Below, in pieces: positions 60,450 through 64,000 of a stretch of DNA of 64,000 nt (its first letter is position 1; each line of letters begins with the position of its first letter). The position numbers and the translations under genes were made by a program. Source of the DNA: an uncultured virus (IMG/VR IMGVR_UViG_3300002219_000864) (taxonomy: Duplodnaviria > Heunggongvirae > Uroviricota > Caudoviricetes); the IMG/VR virus record IMGVR_UViG_3300002219_000864, positions 1-64,000 of that record; one strand, 5' to 3'. The notes under the pieces were generated by a model that worked only from the letters and a program-made list of their open reading frames with translations, searched no databases and was not told the origin of the DNA.

Positions 60450-62597
60450 ATGTTTACCACACCGAAGCAAAAATTGATTGTCGCCATATCAAACGATTTT
60501 CTAAAATCTTTTTCGGGGATTCCCAAAAAAGAACAGGGTAAGGTCCGAGAGTTTTTTGAGAAATTCCGCGTGAACCCCGCATCGCCTGCCATTCAGTATG
60601 AGAAAATTCAGAAAGCAAAGGATGAAAACATTCGATCTGTCAGGATTGATCAGGATTATCGAGGAATCATTTTAAAACCGTCCTCTGGAAACGTTTACAT
60701 GCTCCTTTGGGTGGACCATCATGACAAAGCCTATGCCTGGGCAGAAAACCGACTTTTTTCTATTAACGCAGAGACGGGCGGCCTCCAGGTGATGAATATT
60801 GAAGAACAAAGCCTACCCGAAAAAGCGGCTCAATTGAAGGATTCAGGCTGGAATCTCTTCGATTCTTACAAAGATATGGACTTGATGCGGCTGGGCGTCC
60901 CCGAAATCCTTTTGCCGCTTGTGCGCCAACTTAAGTTAAAGGAAGATCTGGATGCATTTGAAAACCAATTGCCCCAGGAAGCCTATGAAGCCCTCTTTTT
61001 TTTGGCCGAAGGATTTTCCATGGAGGATGTCCTCAAGGATCTTGAAAAAGAACAAACACCGCTACAAGTAGATACCGCTGATTTTGTTACAGCGCTTGAA
61101 AATCCAGACAGCAAGCGAAGGTTCCATGTTGTTGAAGGGGCTTTGGAACTGGCGGAAATTTTGAATTCACCATTGGAGTTGTGGCGAATATTTCTCCATC
61201 CTTCTCAGAGAAGCATTGTAGAAAAGGAATATAATGGTCCCGTCCGTGTCCTTGGCGGAGCAGGGACCGGCAAAACAGTTGTTGCGATGCATAGAGCACG
61301 ATGGTTAGCGGAAAAGGTATTCGTAAGGGAGAACGATCGCATATTGTTTACGACTTTCACCAAGAATCTGGCGGCGGATATCAAAGAAAATCTCAGGAAG
61401 CTGTGTTCGTCCGATACCATGAAGAAAATCGATGTTATCAATCTAGATGCATGGGTGATTCAGTTCCTGAAAAAACATGGCTATAGCTATACTTTGATTT
61501 TCCAGGACAATACTGGGGGGTACTGGCAGAACGCCCTAAATATGGCTCCGGCAGATATGGATATAGACGAATCCTTTTATCCTCAGGAGTGGTCGCAGGT
61601 TATTCAAGCACAAGGAATAACGACTTCCGATGAATACCTGAAAGCTTCTCGGGTAGGACGGCAGAGAAAATTGACCCGTCCCATGAAACAAAAAATATGG
61701 TCTGTATTTGAGGAATATCGGGCACAATTGAATGCAAAAGGCCTGAAGGAAATGACGGATGCCGTGAGAGACGCCCGGATCATCTTACAAAACAAAGGTG
61801 ATGTTTTGCCTTATCAAGCCATTATTGTGGATGAGGCCCAGGATATGGGCATGGAAGCCTTTAAGCTTATACGGCAAATGATACCCGAGTCGAGGGGGGA
61901 ATCGAAAAATGAACTTTTCATTGTCGGGGATGCCCACCAGAGAATCTATCGGCACAAAGTTGTCTTGAGCCGCTGCGGTATCAATATCAGGGGGCGAAGC
62001 AAGAAACTTAAAATCAATTATCGCACAACGGAAGAAACTCGCAAATGGGCCACTAAGCTGTTGGAGGGTACAGCCGTTGACGATCTTGACGGCGGTGTGG
62101 ACTCGCAAAAAGGTTACAAATCGCTGCTTCACGGTGATTCACCGGAGGTCCAATGCTTCAATTCCTTTACAGAGGAAATACAGTACATTGCTGCCTACCT
62201 GAATGAATTGGTCAAGGAGGGGGTTGATGTGAGTACGGTTTGTCTTGTGGCGAGAACAAATGATCTTATGAAGCAATACGAATCAGCCCTTCAGGAAAGG
62301 GGTGTCAAAACATATCTGGTCAAACGGAGCGTCGCCGAGGACCGAAAAACAGCTGGTTTGCGCCTGTCCACTATGCATCGCGTCAAGGGACTGGAGTTCG
62401 ATCATGTGATCATTGCAAGCATCAATGATGGTGTGGTGCCATTGCAATCGTCTTCATTTTGGGATCCTTCTTCCGATCGGGCGGAAGAGAGCGAGAATTT
62501 AGAGAGAGCCCTGCTTTACGTTTCCGCGACACGGGCTAAGAAAAAGGTACTGATGACCAGTTATGGGGTAAAGAGCAGATTTTTAAACAATGGTTGA
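60450..62597 (+). CDS. UvrD-like SF1 helicase with N-terminal RelE-like domain
   Basis: GGAGTGKT, DEAQD, GD..QRIY, NYR, STMHRVKGLEFD, LYVSATRA; N-terminal YEKI...RSVRIDQDYRGII. Confidence 0.88.
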   Translation: MFTTPKQKLIVAISNDFLKSFSGIPKKEQGKVREFFEKFRVNPASPAIQYEKIQKAKDENIRSVRIDQDYRGIILKPSSGNVYMLLWVDHHDKAYAWAENRLFSINAETGGLQVMNIEEQSLPEKAAQLKDSGWNLFDSYKDMDLMRLGVPEILLPLVRQLKLKEDLDAFENQLPQEAYEALFFLAEGFSMEDVLKDLEKEQTPLQVDTADFVTALENPDSKRRFHVVEGALELAEILNSPLELWRIFLHPSQRSIVEKEYNGPVRVLGGAGTGKTVVAMHRARWLAEKVFVRENDRILFTTFTKNLAADIKENLRKLCSSDTMKKIDVINLDAWVIQFLKKHGYSYTLIFQDNTGGYWQNALNMAPADMDIDESFYPQEWSQVIQAQGITTSDEYLKASRVGRQRKLTRPMKQKIWSVFEEYRAQLNAKGLKEMTDAVRDARIILQNKGDVLPYQAIIVDEAQDMGMEAFKLIRQMIPESRGESKNELFIVGDAHQRIYRHKVVLSRCGINIRGRSKKLKINYRTTEETRKWATKLLEGTAVDDLDGGVDSQKGYKSLLHGDSPEVQCFNSFTEEIQYIAAYLNELVKEGVDVSTVCLVARTNDLMKQYESALQERGVKTYLVKRSVAEDRKTAGLRLSTMHRVKGLEFDHVIIASINDGVVPLQSSSFWDPSSDRAEESENLERALLYVSATRAKKKVLMTSYGVKSRFLNNG

Positions 62598-62719
62598 AAC
62601 AGTGCTATGAAGCTTTTAGTGGACAACAAGTTTGATATCATATCCGATTATTGTGGAGAGAATACAAAGCAATCCATCCGACGTCTCACAGCCGCCGCTT
62701 ATTTTTGTGTTAGATGCAG

Positions 62720-63277
62720 ATGAAAACAATCGCTGACATAGAGCATTACTTCCGCGACCGAGCAAAGGAGCTGAAAGCGTTCTCACAAAATGGTACGCCA
62801 TGGGAATTTCTCTGTATGGCCGCCTTCGTCGAATACTTATCCAAACTCGTGTATGGTCAAGATAATGGTGCTCTCGGATTCAAAAATTTCGTCATAGATT
62901 ACTTGGCTAAAATCAATCCCCTGTATCAGAACTTCAAATATAAGAACGGCGAATCCGACTTGAACAAACAGATGTATCATATATTGCGATGTGGCATTGT
63001 GCATTCGTTCTCACTTGTTCCTGACAAAAAAAGCATCAAGGAGGGTGGCCGGCTGCGGTCTATCGTTCTAGCCCACAAGAAATCTGGTCAATCCCATCTC
63101 AGCGCTTACTCTTCCTGCGATGCTCATGACGCCGCCATATTTATTTCAGAGGATTTTGCCTGCGATATTGAGCTCGTAGTTGACCACATATTCGGTGAAG
63201 CAAAGACTTGCCCCGCTTTGAGGCGCAATATTGAAACATGGTTAAGCACCCAACCTCCAATAACTGGAGGTATCTAA
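62720..63277 (+). CDS. Hypothetical protein with HEPN-like RxxxxH motif
   Basis: YHILRCGIVH; start at ATG 62714 or 62720. Confidence 0.55.
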   Translation: MKTIADIEHYFRDRAKELKAFSQNGTPWEFLCMAAFVEYLSKLVYGQDNGALGFKNFVIDYLAKINPLYQNFKYKNGESDLNKQMYHILRCGIVHSFSLVPDKKSIKEGGRLRSIVLAHKKSGQSHLSAYSSCDAHDAAIFISEDFACDIELVVDHIFGEAKTCPALRRNIETWLSTQPPITGGI

Positions 63278-63330
63278 TGATGCTATGCGCGCCTCATCGC
63301 GCACCGCTCCAGTTGATGGCCATGTTATGT
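63272..63330 (+). other. Degenerate attC-like site (59 bp)
   Basis: ATCTAAT overlapping the stop codon and GTTATGT at 63324-63330; ATCTAA is complementary to TTAGAT of the GTTAGAT at 62709-62715. L boxes pair poorly. Confidence 0.35.
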
Positions 63331-63353
63331 ACGTAAGGTGGAGTCCATAAACT

Positions 63354-64000
63354 ATGGAGCAGGAAAAAATTAGATTCGGTCTTTGTGATGAATGGGTAAT
63401 TTTTCTGGAAAGGCACGGGAAGTTTGTAGAGAAACAAAAACGGCTCATTGATACTTTTCATAACATTTTTATAAGAGACGTGGAAACAAGCAACTCAGCC
63501 GATTGCGTTGTGTTTATGTTGGGTCGCCTCGCTGTCGAGGATTTCATGGAGATTCTTCTGCTCTGCGGGAATGGCTATGGCATAGGCGGTATGAAGCTTC
63601 TGCGGGGGCTCTATGAAAAAGCTGTTACTTTAGGCTACATTGCAAAAAATCCTGACAAGGCGGAGCAGTTTCTTGAATACTATTACGTTCATCAGGGCAA
63701 GCATTTCAATCATGCAAAGAAGGTATTTGCCATGGATGAGTTTTTGTCCTCTTCTCAAATCGAGCAGATTGAAAGTGCCTACGAGAAAGCCAAACAGAAG
63801 TATCAAGAAGTGCTATGCAAGAAGTGCGGGACCACACGAACACGGATTTCATGGTCGGAGTTGGACCTTCTCTCAATGGCACGTAAAGCCGGTCTTGATA
63901 AATTGTACCTGCAATGCTATTACGATCCGACGCTTCAGGCACACACAACTTTTTCCTCGCTTGCATCTAAGTTGAAAGTTAAGGAAAACGGGCATGTAAG
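63354..64000 (+). CDS. DUF5677-like protein, 3' truncated by window
   Basis: Open from MEQEKIRFG to the window end; LLCGNGYG...LLRGLYE...WS...MARKAGL..Y...H pattern. Absent from the ORF track because it has no stop. Confidence 0.6.
   Translation, partial: MEQEKIRFGLCDEWVIFLERHGKFVEKQKRLIDTFHNIFIRDVETSNSADCVVFMLGRLAVEDFMEILLLCGNGYGIGGMKLLRGLYEKAVTLGYIAKNPDKAEQFLEYYYVHQGKHFNHAKKVFAMDEFLSSSQIEQIESAYEKAKQKYQEVLCKKCGTTRTRISWSELDLLSMARKAGLDKLYLQCYYDPTLQAHTTFSSLASKLKVKENGHV

Noticed and set aside
1..64000. CRISPR array, rRNA, tRNA, IS transposase
   Set aside because: No regularly spaced repeats, RNA-gene signatures or transposase motifs were recognised.

Overview
The window has three blocks. (1) 1-967: the 3' end of corA and a small BrnT-like toxin/antitoxin pair. 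(2) 1004-39060, all minus strand: a contiguous ~38 kb podovirus-like morphogenesis module (terS, terL, portal, GH108 lysis cassette, scaffold, N4-gp56-type capsid, adaptor, nozzle, fibre and ejection proteins). It ends in a 5173-aa DarB-like polyvalent protein (adenine MTase, Strawberry-notch helicase, RadC/JAB, HExxH peptidase). No integrase, repressor or replication gene is visible on either side within the window. (3) 39705-64000, plus strand: a DISARM-related, ARMADA-like defence operon (SNF2 helicase, large MTase, YprA/DUF1998 helicase, RelE-UvrD). It is interrupted by a GHKL-ATPase/DUF3883 gene and a DUF932 gene and followed by two cassette-like ORFs with degenerate attC-like borders. 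Main observations: three small same-strand, same-frame-offset ORFs overprinted inside the giant virion gene, each with upstream sigma70-like signals; a 77-bp duplicate of the MTase 3' end bracketing the inserted 5.5 kb ATPase-nuclease gene; and a structural-only phage module with a sigma70-like promoter at terS. Family calls come from motif recognition by eye; no searches were run. Two apparent frameshifts coincide with N bases and are probably assembly artefacts.
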